In this document: positions 47,982 through 58,043 of the stretch, one piece after another
Layout of the letters: every line of letters begins with the position of its first letter
Position numbering within the stretch: position 1 is the stretch's first letter
Assembly (NCBI GenBank): GCA_965220745.1
Contig: CBDCQT010000012.1
Span: forward strand, 736,001-800,000
Reading direction: 5' to 3'
DNA length: 64,000 nt
DNA from: Alphaproteobacteria bacterium
Lineage (GTDB): Bacteria; Pseudomonadota; Alphaproteobacteria; UBA828
Notes under the pieces: generated by a model
Told to the model about the DNA's origin: nothing
Seen by the model: the letters and a program-made list of their open reading frames with translations, nothing else
The model's database searches: none
Translations under genes and position numbers: made by a program

Positions 47982-48692
47982 GTGACGCGGATCGTCCTGG
48001 TGACCCATTCGGAGCGCGCCAATCCCGGCAAGGTGCGCGAGGCGCTGCATGCGCGGGGTTGCGAGACCGAGGTCTGCTTCGTTGCCGGCGGCGCGGCGCT
48101 CCCGCCCATGAACGGCGGCCGCCTGCAAGGCTACGACGGGGCCGCGGTTTTCGGCGGCCCGATGAGCGCGTGCGATGTCGACGAGCATGCGTTCCTGCGT
48201 GAAGAGACCGAATGGATCTCCGCGCAGCTCGCGGCCGACGCGCCGCTTCTCGGCATCTGTCTCGGCGCCCAGATCATGGCCCGCGCCCTCGGCGGGCGCG
48301 TCTATCCCCATCCCGAGGGATTGTGCGAGGTCGGCTATCAGCCGCTCGATCCCGCCAACGAGGATTGTCCGCTGTTCCCGTCGCCCATTCATGTCTTTCA
48401 CTGGCACCGCGAAGGCTTCGACCTGCCGCCGGGGGCGGAGCTGCTGGCGCGGGGCGTCATCTTCGAGAACCAGGCGTTCAGCCACGGCGCGCGGGCGTTC
48501 GGGGTCCAGTTTCACCCGGAGATGACGCCGGTGACGCATGAGCGCTGGCTCAACAACCCGAAGGCCCAGAAATACTTTTCGCGGCCGGAGGTTCCCTCCG
48601 CCGACCGGCAGCGCGCCGACTCCGTGCGCTACGACCCGGCGGTGCACCGCTGGCTGGACGGCTTTCTCGATCTCTGGCTGGAGCGCTTTTAG
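47982..48692 (+). CDS. Class I glutamine amidotransferase-like protein
   Basis: FGGPMS, LGICLGAQ and QFHPE triad motifs. Confidence 0.88.
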   Translation: MTRIVLVTHSERANPGKVREALHARGCETEVCFVAGGAALPPMNGGRLQGYDGAAVFGGPMSACDVDEHAFLREETEWISAQLAADAPLLGICLGAQIMARALGGRVYPHPEGLCEVGYQPLDPANEDCPLFPSPIHVFHWHREGFDLPPGAELLARGVIFENQAFSHGARAFGVQFHPEMTPVTHERWLNNPKAQKYFSRPEVPSADRQRADSVRYDPAVHRWLDGFLDLWLERF

Positions 48693-48740
48693 CCCGCACT
48701 TCTCGCCAACGTCGCGATCCGGATCGGCGTCCCACCTGGG

Positions 48741-48917
48741 GCGAACTTAATTTCATGCGGGACACGCCGGGATTCTGCGGGACAGGCGGTCAAGGGGCGG
48801 GACGCGATCCCGGTGAGAGTTGCGTTTGGTCCTGCCGGTCGTGGCCACTCTTTCTTGCGCTGCATGAGGCGAGCCTGACGCGCCCGCCGCGTGCCGTGCA
48901 CCGCACCATGGTCCGGG
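48741..48917 (+). repeat. Dispersed intergenic element, copy 2 (homologous to 7400-7607)
   Basis: GCGAACTTAATTTCATGCGGGACACGCCGGGATTCTGCGGGA ... CATG-N9-TGACGC-N12-CCGTGCACCGCACCATGGTCCGGG; lies between two convergent genes. Confidence 0.75.
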
Positions 48918-48927
48918 CTCGATTCGT

Positions 48928-48960
48928 TAGAGCGTGTCCGTCAAAGACGAACACGCTCTA
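48928..48960. repeat. REP/MITE-like palindrome with TAGAGC ends
   Basis: TAGAGCGTGT-CCGTC-AAA-GACGA-ACACGCTCTA; 15-bp arms with one mismatch. Confidence 0.6.
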
Positions 48961-48990
48961 GTCGAGCTGGGCCGCCTCGCTCGACAGGAC

Positions 48991-49031
48991 AAGAAAAAGG
49001 GCGGCGGGGGGTCTTGCATCCCCCGCCGCCC
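48991..49031 (-). terminator. Rho-independent terminator of iorAB
   Basis: 12-bp GC stem (GGGCGGCGGGGG / CCCCCGCCGCCC) followed by TTTTTCTT on the minus strand, 14 nt after the stop codon. Confidence 0.85.
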
Positions 49032-49045
49032 GGTCGTCCGCGAGT

Positions 49046-51340
49046 TTACGCAGACATCAGTTGATCGCCGATCGGCAGCCTGCGGATGCGCTTGCCGGTG
49101 GCGTTAAAGATCGCGTTGACCAGCGCCGGCGTGTACGGCGGCACGCCGGGCTCGCCCACTCCGCACGGGCGCAGATGCGTGAAGTCCTCGACGATGTGCG
49201 TGCGCACATCGAGAGGTGCATCGTCCATACGGGTGATGGTGTAGTCGTGGAAGTTGCTCTGGTCGACCGCCCCCTGGGTGGTGGTGATCTGCCCATGCAT
49301 CGCGACCGAATGGCCGTAAATGGCAGCACCCTCCATCTGCTTCTTCACCCCTTCCGGATTGACATAGCGGCCGCAGTCGATCGCCATGTCCACCTGCGGG
49401 ATGTGAAGCGAGCCGTCGTCCCGGACGACAACATGCACCGCACACCCCACGTAGCTGTGGAAGCTGCGGTGGCACGCGATGCCCAGGCCATGGCCTGGCG
49501 GCATCGCCTTGCCGTAGCCCGACTTCTCGGTCACCACGCGAAGTACGTTGGAGAGCCGCTTCGGCATGATCGGCCAATCCTCGATCGAGTCGCCGTAGTT
49601 CCAGTGCTCCGGGACGCCGTCCTGGGTGAGGTCCATCACGTCCGCATCGCCGATCAGCTCCAGCAGGAACTCGACCGGGTCGCGGCCGGCAGCCTCCGCC
49701 AGCTCGTTCGCGAAGCAGTTCATCGCAAACGCGTGCTGGATGTTGTTGACCGAGCGATACCAGCCGACCCGGATCATGGCGTCGGCCTCGCCGTTCTCGA
49801 TGCGGAGGTTCGGCACCTGGTTATAGGGCGTGTCGATGAGGCCAAGCCCGTACTCAAGCGCATGGCCGGTCCGCATCGTCGGTGCCCAGAGCGCGATGAG
49901 CGTGGGCCACGCGCCCGAGTGATGCCACGCCGTGACATTGCCCGAGTCGTCGAGCCCTGCTCTCAGGCGATGGGCGCTCGCGGCGTGGTAGAAGCCCTGC
50001 TGGATCTCGTCCTCGCGCGTCCACTGCACCCGCACCGGGGCACCGATCTTGCTGGAAAGGATCGCCGCCTCGCACGCGAAGTCGGGCTTGGATTTGCGGC
50101 CGAAGCCGCCGCCCAGCAGCGTCACCTCGCACTCGACATCGGTCTGCTCGATGCCCAACGCGTCCGCCACGTATTGCCGGACCCAGTTGGGTGCCTGAGT
50201 CGAGGTCACGACCTTGACCGGCATCTGCGTGGCGTCGGCGAGCGCCACCGGCGGCTCCATCGGCGTGTGGATGAAGTAGGGCACGAAGTACTCGGCCTCC
50301 ATCACCTGGGCGGCCGAGCCCAGCGCCTCGTCGACGTTGCCGCGATCGCGGATGACGTGACCGCCGGCACGGGCCGAAGCCATGAGCTCGTCGTTGTAGG
50401 TGCTCGAATCGTGCCGGACGTTGGGGCCGCCATCCCACTCGATGACGAGCCTGTCACGTCCTTCCATTACCGACCACGTGTTGGTGCCGATCACCGCGAC
50501 GCCACCCAACGCCCGGAACTCGGCCGGCTTGTCGTCGGCAAGCGCCGGAATCTCGATCACCTGCTCGACGCCCGGAACCTTGAGCGCCTCGCTGGCGTCG
50601 AACGACTTCACCTTGCCGCGATAGACCGGCGGGCGCGCCACGACGGCGATCTTCATGCCGGGCACGCTGATGTCGGCGCCGTAGGTGGCGCCGCCGGTGC
50701 TCATGTCGTAGTTGTCGACCACCGGCATGTCGCGGCCGATGTACTTCCACTGCGACTTGTCCTTGAGCTTCGGCGCCGCGTCGCCGGTCGGCACCGCGAT
50801 GTCGGCGGCGGCGTCCACCACCTCGCCGAAGTCGAACCACTGGCCCGTACCGGAGTGGTAGAGGCGATGGTCCTTGGCATAGACCTCGCTGGGATCGACG
50901 CCCCACTTCCTGGCCGCTGCCTGCTCAAGCACATAGCGGCCGGCCGCGCCCAGCTCGCGCATGATTTCGAAATGGTGGCGGGTGCTGCGTGAGCCGTCGG
51001 TGTTCTGCTGGTCCTTGCCGGCGGGGTCGAACTTGGTCTCGTCGCCCGGTGCCTGCCAGATCTTGACCCGCTGCCAGTCGGCTTCGAGCTCGTCGGCCAG
51101 GATCATCGGTATGCCGGTGCGCACGCCCTGACCCATCTCGGAGCGGCTGCACGTGAGCGTGACCGTTCCGTCGTCCGAAATCTCGACGAAGAGATTGGGC
51201 TTGACCGAGTTGCCGTTGGCCTGGCCGCGCGCCGTCGAGATCAGGGAACCGGTGGAGACGTTGGCGCCGAGCACGAAGGCGCCCGTGACGCCGGCGGACT
51301 TCAGGAAGGTGCGCCGGCTGATGTTCTGCACGCCGAACAT
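49046..51340 (-). CDS. iorB: Isoquinoline 1-oxidoreductase beta-type molybdopterin subunit (xanthine dehydrogenase family)
   Basis: ISRRTFLK, SEMGQG, LGGGFGRK, WTREDE and GVGEPG motifs. Substrate unknown. Confidence 0.88.
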   Translation of the reverse strand: MFGVQNISRRTFLKSAGVTGAFVLGANVSTGSLISTARGQANGNSVKPNLFVEISDDGTVTLTCSRSEMGQGVRTGIPMILADELEADWQRVKIWQAPGDETKFDPAGKDQQNTDGSRSTRHHFEIMRELGAAGRYVLEQAAARKWGVDPSEVYAKDHRLYHSGTGQWFDFGEVVDAAADIAVPTGDAAPKLKDKSQWKYIGRDMPVVDNYDMSTGGATYGADISVPGMKIAVVARPPVYRGKVKSFDASEALKVPGVEQVIEIPALADDKPAEFRALGGVAVIGTNTWSVMEGRDRLVIEWDGGPNVRHDSSTYNDELMASARAGGHVIRDRGNVDEALGSAAQVMEAEYFVPYFIHTPMEPPVALADATQMPVKVVTSTQAPNWVRQYVADALGIEQTDVECEVTLLGGGFGRKSKPDFACEAAILSSKIGAPVRVQWTREDEIQQGFYHAASAHRLRAGLDDSGNVTAWHHSGAWPTLIALWAPTMRTGHALEYGLGLIDTPYNQVPNLRIENGEADAMIRVGWYRSVNNIQHAFAMNCFANELAEAAGRDPVEFLLELIGDADVMDLTQDGVPEHWNYGDSIEDWPIMPKRLSNVLRVVTEKSGYGKAMPPGHGLGIACHRSFHSYVGCAVHVVVRDDGSLHIPQVDMAIDCGRYVNPEGVKKQMEGAAIYGHSVAMHGQITTTQGAVDQSNFHDYTITRMDDAPLDVRTHIVEDFTHLRPCGVGEPGVPPYTPALVNAIFNATGKRIRRLPIGDQLMSA

Positions 51341-51342
51341 GG

Positions 51343-51795
51343 TCAGACCTCCTGTGCCGCTGTGCGGACCGCCGCGAAGATCCGCTGGTAGGTACCGCAG
51401 CGACAGATGTTGCCGGCCATGCCGTCAACGATCTCTTCGTCGCTGGGGTCGGGGTTCTCGTTGAGCAGCGCCGCCGCCGACATGATCTGCCCGGACTGGC
51501 AGTAGCCGCACTGCGGCACGTTGTGAGCGCGCCACGCCCGCTGCACGGGGTGGTTGCCCTCGGGATCGAGACCCTCGATGGTGGTGACGTCCCTGCCGTC
51601 GGCCTCCGATACCGGGGTGACGCAGGAGCGGACGGCCTCACCGTCCACGTGAATTGTGCATGCGCCGCAGAGCGCTGCGCCGCAGCCGAACTTGCTCCCT
51701 GTCAGTCCGAGCTCGTCTCGGACGTACCAGAGAAGCGGCATGTCAGGATCGCCGTGAAATTGGCGACTGACGCCGTTGATCTTCAGCGAAATCAT
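51343..51795 (-). CDS. iorA: (2Fe-2S)-binding subunit, IorA-type
   Basis: [18 protein letters not shown] and NICRCGTY motifs. Confidence 0.9.
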   Translation of the reverse strand: MISLKINGVSRQFHGDPDMPLLWYVRDELGLTGSKFGCGAALCGACTIHVDGEAVRSCVTPVSEADGRDVTTIEGLDPEGNHPVQRAWRAHNVPQCGYCQSGQIMSAAALLNENPDPSDEEIVDGMAGNICRCGTYQRIFAAVRTAAQEV

Positions 51796-51960
51796 TGGCC
51801 CTCTCCTGTAGTCGCCGACCGGCCCTTTACGGGCAGCCTGATTCGGATGTTAGTCGATGCCCGGAACCGCCTCCAGCAAGATCGGGAGTTCCGGCGAATT
51901 TTGGAGAGGGGGCGTTGGAATCCGTCGCCGAGAGGGTGTATTGGCAGCGTGCCGGGTCGC

Positions 51961-52815
51961 TCAAAGCCCGTAGCGGGACCACCAGAGGCGGGCTTCGATA
52001 GCGCCGAGCAGGTCACCGGCCAGCGAGCCGGCCTCCTCGCCATCGCCCCCGAGAAGGAGGCCCGGACGCAAGCGCCGCGCCAGCCACCCGCGCGGGCGGC
52101 CGATCTTGCGCATGACCACCTTGCGGCCGTAGCGCTCGCGCAGAACGCTCCGGATATCGCCGATGCCGTCGGCGAGCCCCAGGCCGATCGCCTTTCGCCC
52201 CAGCCAGAACTCGCCGCTGAAGAGGTCGGGATCGCTCTCGGCGAGGCGGGCGCCGCGCCTGGCGCGGATTAGCTCCTTGAAGTTGTCGTGAATGTCCCCC
52301 TGCACCCGGCGCAGGCGATCGAGATCGTCCGGTTGCACGGCGATGAAGGGGTCGAGCAGCGACTTCTTCTCGCCCGCGGTGTAGAGCCGCCGCTCGACGC
52401 CGAGCTTCTCGATGGCTTCGTGGAAGCCGAAGCCCGAATAGATGACGCCGATGCTGCCGAGGATGGAGTTGTCGTCCACGAAAATCTCGTCGGCCGCCGC
52501 GGCGAGCCAGTATCCGCCGGATGCGGCGACATCCTCTACGAAGGCCATCACCGGCACGTCGCGTTCCGCCGCAAGCGCGCGAATCCGGTTGTGGATCAGT
52601 GCCGACTGCGCCGCGGAGCCGCCCGGCGAATTGATTTCGAGCGCCACGGCTTTCAGCCCCGGCTGGCGGAAGGCCCGTTGCAGCAAGGGAGCGACTCCCT
52701 CCATGCTGATCCGGCCGCCGAACATGCCAGGCCGCCCGATCACGCCGGAAAGCCGCACGACAGAGACCACCGGCGGCGGGCGCCGGAAGGTCAGGCGCGC
52801 CAGCAACCGCCTCAT
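51961..52815 (-). CDS. S49 family peptidase (SppA/SohB-like)
   Basis: INSPGGS, VAASGGY and GSIGV motifs. Confidence 0.9.
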   Translation of the reverse strand: MRRLLARLTFRRPPPVVSVVRLSGVIGRPGMFGGRISMEGVAPLLQRAFRQPGLKAVALEINSPGGSAAQSALIHNRIRALAAERDVPVMAFVEDVAASGGYWLAAAADEIFVDDNSILGSIGVIYSGFGFHEAIEKLGVERRLYTAGEKKSLLDPFIAVQPDDLDRLRRVQGDIHDNFKELIRARRGARLAESDPDLFSGEFWLGRKAIGLGLADGIGDIRSVLRERYGRKVVMRKIGRPRGWLARRLRPGLLLGGDGEEAGSLAGDLLGAIEARLWWSRYGL

Positions 52816-53606
52816 CAGTCCTCTTCCTCCAGGAGGGCGAGCGCGCCGCCGCCGCGCAGGACTCGGTCCGCCGTGTGGGAGTAGCTGCCGTCGTCGTCGT
52901 GCAGGATCATGCCGCAGGCGATCTGCAAGGGCCCGCCATGCTCGGCCGTCGCCTGCACGATGATGCGGTTCGCGGTCTTCTTGGTGCGCGCACCGCTGAA
53001 AGGATTATGAGACCACAGCGGATAGACGACGATGGCGCCGGCCCGGGCCTGTGACAGACCGCCCAGAATCTGGGCCAGACGCTCCGGCCGATGAATGATC
53101 GTGATGGAGCCGCCAGGGCGGACCATCCGGGCGCAGAACTCGAGCCAGGCGTCGAGGCCGGTCGCGCCTTCCACCGTCGCCTGCGCGCGGCTGCGGGAGG
53201 CCGGCACCTGGTTTGCGCCCTGCTCGAAGAAAGGCGGGTTCGCGAACACGTGGTCGAAGCCCTTCGGTGACAATTTGGGCGGCGGTCTCTCGAAATCGCC
53301 GACCCACACATCGAGCCATTCCTCCAGCCCGTTGAGCGCGGCGTTGTCCTTGGCGAGCTGGGCGAAGGCGCGGTCCACCTCGATCCCGGTGACGTGCAGG
53401 CCGGTGACACGGCTCGCGAGGCAGAGGGCGCCGGCGCCCACGCCGCAGCCGACATCGAGCGCGCGCTCGCCGTCCGAGGCCGGCACCGCGGCCGCGAGCA
53501 GGACCGGATCGATCGCGACCCGATAGCCCGCCGCCGGCTGGTTCAGCGCGACCCTGCCGCCCAGCAGCGTGTCGCTGGTGACCCGCGCGGACTCGGTCTC
53601 AGTCAT
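52815..53606 (-). CDS. tRNA1(Val) A37 N6-methyltransferase-like protein
   Basis: LLGG..QP..GYR..IDPVLLAA, LDVGCGVG and ANPPF motifs. Confidence 0.85.
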   Translation of the reverse strand: MTETESARVTSDTLLGGRVALNQPAAGYRVAIDPVLLAAAVPASDGERALDVGCGVGAGALCLASRVTGLHVTGIEVDRAFAQLAKDNAALNGLEEWLDVWVGDFERPPPKLSPKGFDHVFANPPFFEQGANQVPASRSRAQATVEGATGLDAWLEFCARMVRPGGSITIIHRPERLAQILGGLSQARAGAIVVYPLWSHNPFSGARTKKTANRIIVQATAEHGGPLQIACGMILHDDDGSYSHTADRVLRGGGALALLEEED

Positions 53607-53811
53607 CGAGCGCGCCGACTTCCCTCAAGATGCGCCGTGCCGCATCGGCGTCCTCGTCGGCGACCATGAGCCGGCGAGGGATCGCGCCTGCGCTCCCTTC
53701 CAGCACGCTCATGTGCTGATCGAGCACGATGGGCTCGATGCCGCCGTCTCTCAGCACGGCGCCGAGGAACGAGAGCTGCACCAGGTCGTTCGTGCGCAGG
53801 AGCTCGACCAT
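53599..53811 (-). CDS. DUF2007 family protein
   Basis: MVELLRTND...LDQHMSVLEGS.GAIPRRLMV; usual position between ispB and the methyltransferase. Confidence 0.85.
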   Translation of the reverse strand: MVELLRTNDLVQLSFLGAVLRDGGIEPIVLDQHMSVLEGSAGAIPRRLMVADEDADAARRILREVGALDD

Positions 53812-53936
53812 TCTGTCCCGACTCCCGTGGCGGGCCCACTCGATTCGTGTCGAACCGCGCGCCAAGTGTTACGTTGGCGCCGGCGCGGTTGCGCATGGAT
53901 GCCCTTGCGCGCGCGCGCCGTCAAGCGAGAGGGTCT

Positions 53937-54974
53937 ATGTCGGACACGGTCGTTCCGCTCGAAGGGCGGGCTGCTGCGCGGCGCAAGGCGGCCTCCGGGG
54001 CCTCGCTGGACCCGCTTCACGGGCTGGTCGCGGAAGATCTGCGTGCCGTCAACGGCGTCATTCTGGACAACATGGAAAGCTCGGTGATGCTCATTTCGGA
54101 GCTCGCCGCGCACATCGTCGCAGCCGGCGGAAAGCGTCTCCGGCCGATGATGACGCTCGGCGCCGCCCGGCTCTGCGGCTACACCGGCAAGCGCCACATC
54201 GACCTCGCCGCCTGCGTCGAGTTCATTCACACCGCGACCCTGCTCCACGACGACGTGGTCGACGACAGCGCACTCAGGCGGGGCACGGCGACCGCTAACG
54301 CGGTCTGGGGCAACAAGCCGAGCGTGCTGGTGGGCGACTTCCTGTTCAGCCGCGCGTTTCAGATCTCCGTCGCCGACGGCTCGCTCCGCGTGCTCGGCAT
54401 CCTCGCCGACACTGCTGCCACTCTCGCCGAAGGCGAGGTGATGCAGCTCACCACTTCGAACGACACCGAGACCAGCGAAGCCGCCTATATGAAGGTGGTG
54501 ACCGCGAAGACCGCAGCGCTCTTCGCCGCCGCCTGCCAGCTCGGCGCGGTGGTGGCAGAGCGCTCCGCCGCCGAGGAGGAGGCGCTCAGGAGCTTCGGGC
54601 TCAATCTCGGCATCGCCTATCAATTAGTCGACGACGCCCTCGACTACGGCGCCCGCGAAGCGGTGCTCGGCAAGTCGGTGGGCGACGATTTCCGCGAAGG
54701 CAAGATCACGCTGCCCGTGGTGCTGGCGTTTCGCCGGGGCGACGATGAGGAGCGCGCCTTCTGGCGGCGCACCATGGAGGACGAGGAGCAGGGAGACGAC
54801 GACTTCGCGCACGCGATGGCCCTGCTCACCCGCCATGACGCGATCGCCGATTCGGTGGAGCGGGCGCGTCACTACAGCGCGATGGCCCGCGACGCGCTCG
54901 GCCTGTTCCCCGCGTCCGAGGCGAAGGACGCCCTGCTCGACGTGGTGGATTTCTGCACCGAACGGGCGCACTGA
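53937..54974 (+). CDS. ispB: Long-chain polyprenyl diphosphate synthase
   Basis: GGKRLRP, LLHDDVVD and QLVDDALD..GKSVGDD motifs. Confidence 0.92.
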   Translation: MSDTVVPLEGRAAARRKAASGASLDPLHGLVAEDLRAVNGVILDNMESSVMLISELAAHIVAAGGKRLRPMMTLGAARLCGYTGKRHIDLAACVEFIHTATLLHDDVVDDSALRRGTATANAVWGNKPSVLVGDFLFSRAFQISVADGSLRVLGILADTAATLAEGEVMQLTTSNDTETSEAAYMKVVTAKTAALFAAACQLGAVVAERSAAEEEALRSFGLNLGIAYQLVDDALDYGAREAVLGKSVGDDFREGKITLPVVLAFRRGDDEERAFWRRTMEDEEQGDDDFAHAMALLTRHDAIADSVERARHYSAMARDALGLFPASEAKDALLDVVDFCTERAH

Positions 54975-54998
54975 CGCAAAGGCGCGCCCGGTCGCGCG

Positions 54999-55517
54999 TC
55001 AGCGCATCTCCTTCGGCATCCTGAAGGCCACCAGTCGCGCGCTCCCGTCCCTGAACGCGGCCCAGTCGTCGATCCCGGTCTCGAAGATGGCGAGCGCTGC
55101 CGTCGGGAACCGTGTGGAGAGCCGGGCGTAATTCGGTCCCGGCTCGCGTCGGCCGAGCGCGAGCGCCAGCGCGTGAATGCCGGGGTTGTGGCCGATGAGG
55201 AGGACGCCGGGCTCGCTGCCGCCGGCCTCGGCCACGGCGTAAAGGAGAGTCGACGGGCTGCCCATGTAGATGTCGTCGACGATTCGGCGCGGCGGGTTCT
55301 CGCCGAAGCCTTCGCAAAACGACTCGCAGGTCTCCACGGTGCGCCGCGAGGGCGAGCAGAGAATCAGCGTCGGCGGTTGCGCCTGGTCGCGGCAGAAGGC
55401 ACCCATGCGCTGGCTCTCTTTCCGGCCTCTGCCGACCAGCGCGCGTTCCAGGTCGCCGCCGCCGGGCGGCATGCCGGCCTGCGCCTTGCCGTGGCGCATC
55501 AGGTAGAGCCGCCGCAC
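54999..55517 (-). CDS. sixA: SixA-type histidine phosphatase
   Basis: LYLMRHGK, CSPSRRT, IGHNPG and FPTA motifs; GTG start with GAGGAGG upstream. Confidence 0.85.
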   Translation of the reverse strand: MRRLYLMRHGKAQAGMPPGGGDLERALVGRGRKESQRMGAFCRDQAQPPTLILCSPSRRTVETCESFCEGFGENPPRRIVDDIYMGSPSTLLYAVAEAGGSEPGVLLIGHNPGIHALALALGRREPGPNYARLSTRFPTAALAIFETGIDDWAAFRDGSARLVAFRMPKEMR

Positions 55518-55617
55518 GCCGCCTCCTCGCTCACGCTCGCCGTCCGCTCGTATTCGCCGTTTGCAATCGCGGTGGCGCGCGACCAGAATCGCGCCCCGTT
55601 TCGGCGATGGGGAGATC

Positions 55618-57261
55618 ATGATGGGCGGCACGCGCACCGACAAGAGCCCGTATGAGGCCGGGCTCGAGCGCAACGACGCGAACTACGTCCCTCTGACCCC
55701 GCTCTCCTTCCTGCGCCGCGCCGCAGCGGTATTCCCCGAGCGGACGGCCTGGATTCACGGTAGCCGTCACGCGAGCTACGCCGAATTCTACGCGCGCTGC
55801 CGGCGACTCGCGTCGGCGTTGGCGAAGCGCGGCGTCGGCCCTGGCGATACGGTCGCCATCATGTCCCCCAACACGCCAGCGATGCTGGAGGCGCACTACG
55901 GCGTTCCCATGTGCGGCGCCGTGCTCAACGCGCTCAACTACCGGCTGGATGCCGCCTCGCTCGGCTTCATCCTCGATCACGCCGATGCCAGGGTGCTGCT
56001 CACCGACCGCTCGTTCTCACCCGTCATTGCCGACGCGCTCGTGCGGGCCGAAGCGGCGCCGCTGGTCATCGATATCGACGATGCGCCCGAGGAAGGCGGC
56101 GACCTGCTCGGCGGGATCGAATACGAGGCGTTGTTGGCCGGCGGCGATCCCGAGTACGACTGGCGCTGGCCCGAGGACGAGTGGGAGGCGATCTCGCTCA
56201 ACTACACCTCCGGCACCACGGGCAACCCCAAGGGGGTTGTCTATCACCACAGGGGTGCTTACCTGAACTCGCTCGGCGACGGCGTCACCTGGGCCATGCC
56301 GCATGGGCCGGTCTATCTCTGGACGCTGCCCATGTTCCACTGCAACGGCTGGTGCTTCACCTGGGCGGTCAGCGCCTATGCGGGGACGCACGTGTGCCTG
56401 CGCAAGGTCGAGGCGGGCGCCATCTTTCAGATGATTGCCGAGCACGGGGTCACGCATTTCTGCGGCGCGCCCATCGTGCTCAACCTGCTCAGCAACGCGA
56501 GCGAGGAGGAGCGCGTGCCCTTCGACCACCGTGTCGAGGTGATGACCGCCGCGGCCCCGCCGCCCGCCGCCGTCATCGCGCGCATCGAGGCGGCCGGCTT
56601 CCACGTCACTCACGTCTATGGGCTGACCGAGGTTTACGGCCCGGCCACCGTGTGCGCCTGGCACGACGACTGGGACGCGCTGCCGCTCCAGGAAAAGGCG
56701 GCGCTCAAGGCCCGCCAGGGCGTCGCTTACCCCACCCTCGACGGGCTCATGGTGGCCGACTCCAAGACGCTGGAGCCCGTGCCGCCGGACGGCCAGACCA
56801 TGGGTGAGGTCTTCATGCGTGGCAACACCGTGATGAAGGGTTATCTCGCCAATCCCCAGGCGACCGAGGAGGCCTTCGCCGGCGGCTGGTTCCACACCGG
56901 CGACCTCGGCGTGGTTCACGCCAACGGCTACATCGAGCTCAGGGACAGGGCCAAGGACATCATCATCTCGGGCGGCGAGAACATCTCCACCATCGAGGTC
57001 GAGGGTGCGCTCTACCGCCACCCGGCGGTGCTGGAGGCTGCCGTGGTGGCGCGGCCCGACGAGACCTGGGGCGAGACGCCCTGCGCCTTCGTCACGCTGA
57101 AGGACGGCGAGCAGGTCGACGAGGCCGCGCTGATCGACTTCTGCCGGGGCGAGCTTGCGCGCTACAAGTGCCCGAAGACCGTGGTGTTCGGCGCGCTGCC
57201 CAAGACCTCGACCGGCAAGGTCCGCAAGTACGTACTGAGGGAGCGCGCCGCCGCGCTCTGA
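55618..57261 (+). CDS. Acyl-CoA synthetase (AMP-forming, DmdB/AAE7-like)
   Basis: ANYVPLTPLSFL, YTSGTTGNPKGV, YGLTE, GWFHTGD and PKTSTGK motifs. Confidence 0.92.
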   Translation: MMGGTRTDKSPYEAGLERNDANYVPLTPLSFLRRAAAVFPERTAWIHGSRHASYAEFYARCRRLASALAKRGVGPGDTVAIMSPNTPAMLEAHYGVPMCGAVLNALNYRLDAASLGFILDHADARVLLTDRSFSPVIADALVRAEAAPLVIDIDDAPEEGGDLLGGIEYEALLAGGDPEYDWRWPEDEWEAISLNYTSGTTGNPKGVVYHHRGAYLNSLGDGVTWAMPHGPVYLWTLPMFHCNGWCFTWAVSAYAGTHVCLRKVEAGAIFQMIAEHGVTHFCGAPIVLNLLSNASEEERVPFDHRVEVMTAAAPPPAAVIARIEAAGFHVTHVYGLTEVYGPATVCAWHDDWDALPLQEKAALKARQGVAYPTLDGLMVADSKTLEPVPPDGQTMGEVFMRGNTVMKGYLANPQATEEAFAGGWFHTGDLGVVHANGYIELRDRAKDIIISGGENISTIEVEGALYRHPAVLEAAVVARPDETWGETPCAFVTLKDGEQVDEAALIDFCRGELARYKCPKTVVFGALPKTSTGKVRKYVLRERAAAL

Positions 57262-57287
57262 CGCGGCGCCGGGTGGCCGGGCGAGCG

Positions 57288-58037
57288 ATGCGAACGACCC
57301 TGTCCGGCCTCGTCGCGCTTGCCGCAACGGCTCTGCTGCTTTTCGCGAACTCCGCCATCGCCGCGGCCGATGACGATCGGTTTGCCGAGGCGCGGGCGGC
57401 GATGGTGCGCGCCGTCGCGCTCGACGCCGAGCGCACCGCCGAGTGGATCGGCAAGGAAAAGCTGGCGCCTCGCGTGATGGAGGCGATGGGGCGGGTGCCG
57501 CGCCATCTCTTCGTGCCGCCGGAGCTGCAGGACTTCGGCTACCTCAACAGGCCACTCCCTATCGGCTACGGCCAGACCATCTCGCAGCCCTATATCGTCG
57601 CGTTGATGACCGACTTGCTGGCGCCGGAGCCCGACGATGTGGCGTTCGAGCTCGGCACCGGGTCGAGCTATCAGGCGGCGGTGCTGGCCGAGCTCGTCGC
57701 CCAGGTCTACACGGTCGAGATCGTGGAGCCGCTGGCCGCGAGCGCCACGGATCGGCTCGACGCGCTCGGCTACCACAACGTGACCGTGCGGGCCGGCGAC
57801 GGCTACTTCGGCTGGCCCGAGCACGCACCCTTCGACATCATCGTCGTCACGGCGGCAGCGAGCCATGTGCCGCCGCCGCTCATCGCCCAGCTCAAGCCCG
57901 GCGGGCGCATGGTGATCCCGGTGGGCAGCCCGTTCCTCACCCAGCAACTCCTGCTCATCCAGAAGGGGGAGGACGGCGCCGTGACCAGCCGCCAGATCTT
58001 GCCGGTCATCTTCGTTCCGCTGACCGGCGGGCACTGA
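57288..58037 (+). CDS. pcm: Protein-L-isoaspartate O-methyltransferase with a predicted signal peptide
   Basis: VPRHLFV, GQTISQPYIVA, ELGTGSSYQAA, GDGYFGW and LKPGGRMVIPVG motifs; hydrophobic N-terminus ending AIAA. Confidence 0.9.
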   Translation: MRTTLSGLVALAATALLLFANSAIAAADDDRFAEARAAMVRAVALDAERTAEWIGKEKLAPRVMEAMGRVPRHLFVPPELQDFGYLNRPLPIGYGQTISQPYIVALMTDLLAPEPDDVAFELGTGSSYQAAVLAELVAQVYTVEIVEPLAASATDRLDALGYHNVTVRAGDGYFGWPEHAPFDIIVVTAAASHVPPPLIAQLKPGGRMVIPVGSPFLTQQLLLIQKGEDGAVTSRQILPVIFVPLTGGH

Positions 58038-58043
58038 CACAGA

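Noticed and set aside
51280-51340. Twin-arginine-like motif on IorB as a novelty
   Set aside because: An SRRxFLK N-terminus is usual for this subfamily.
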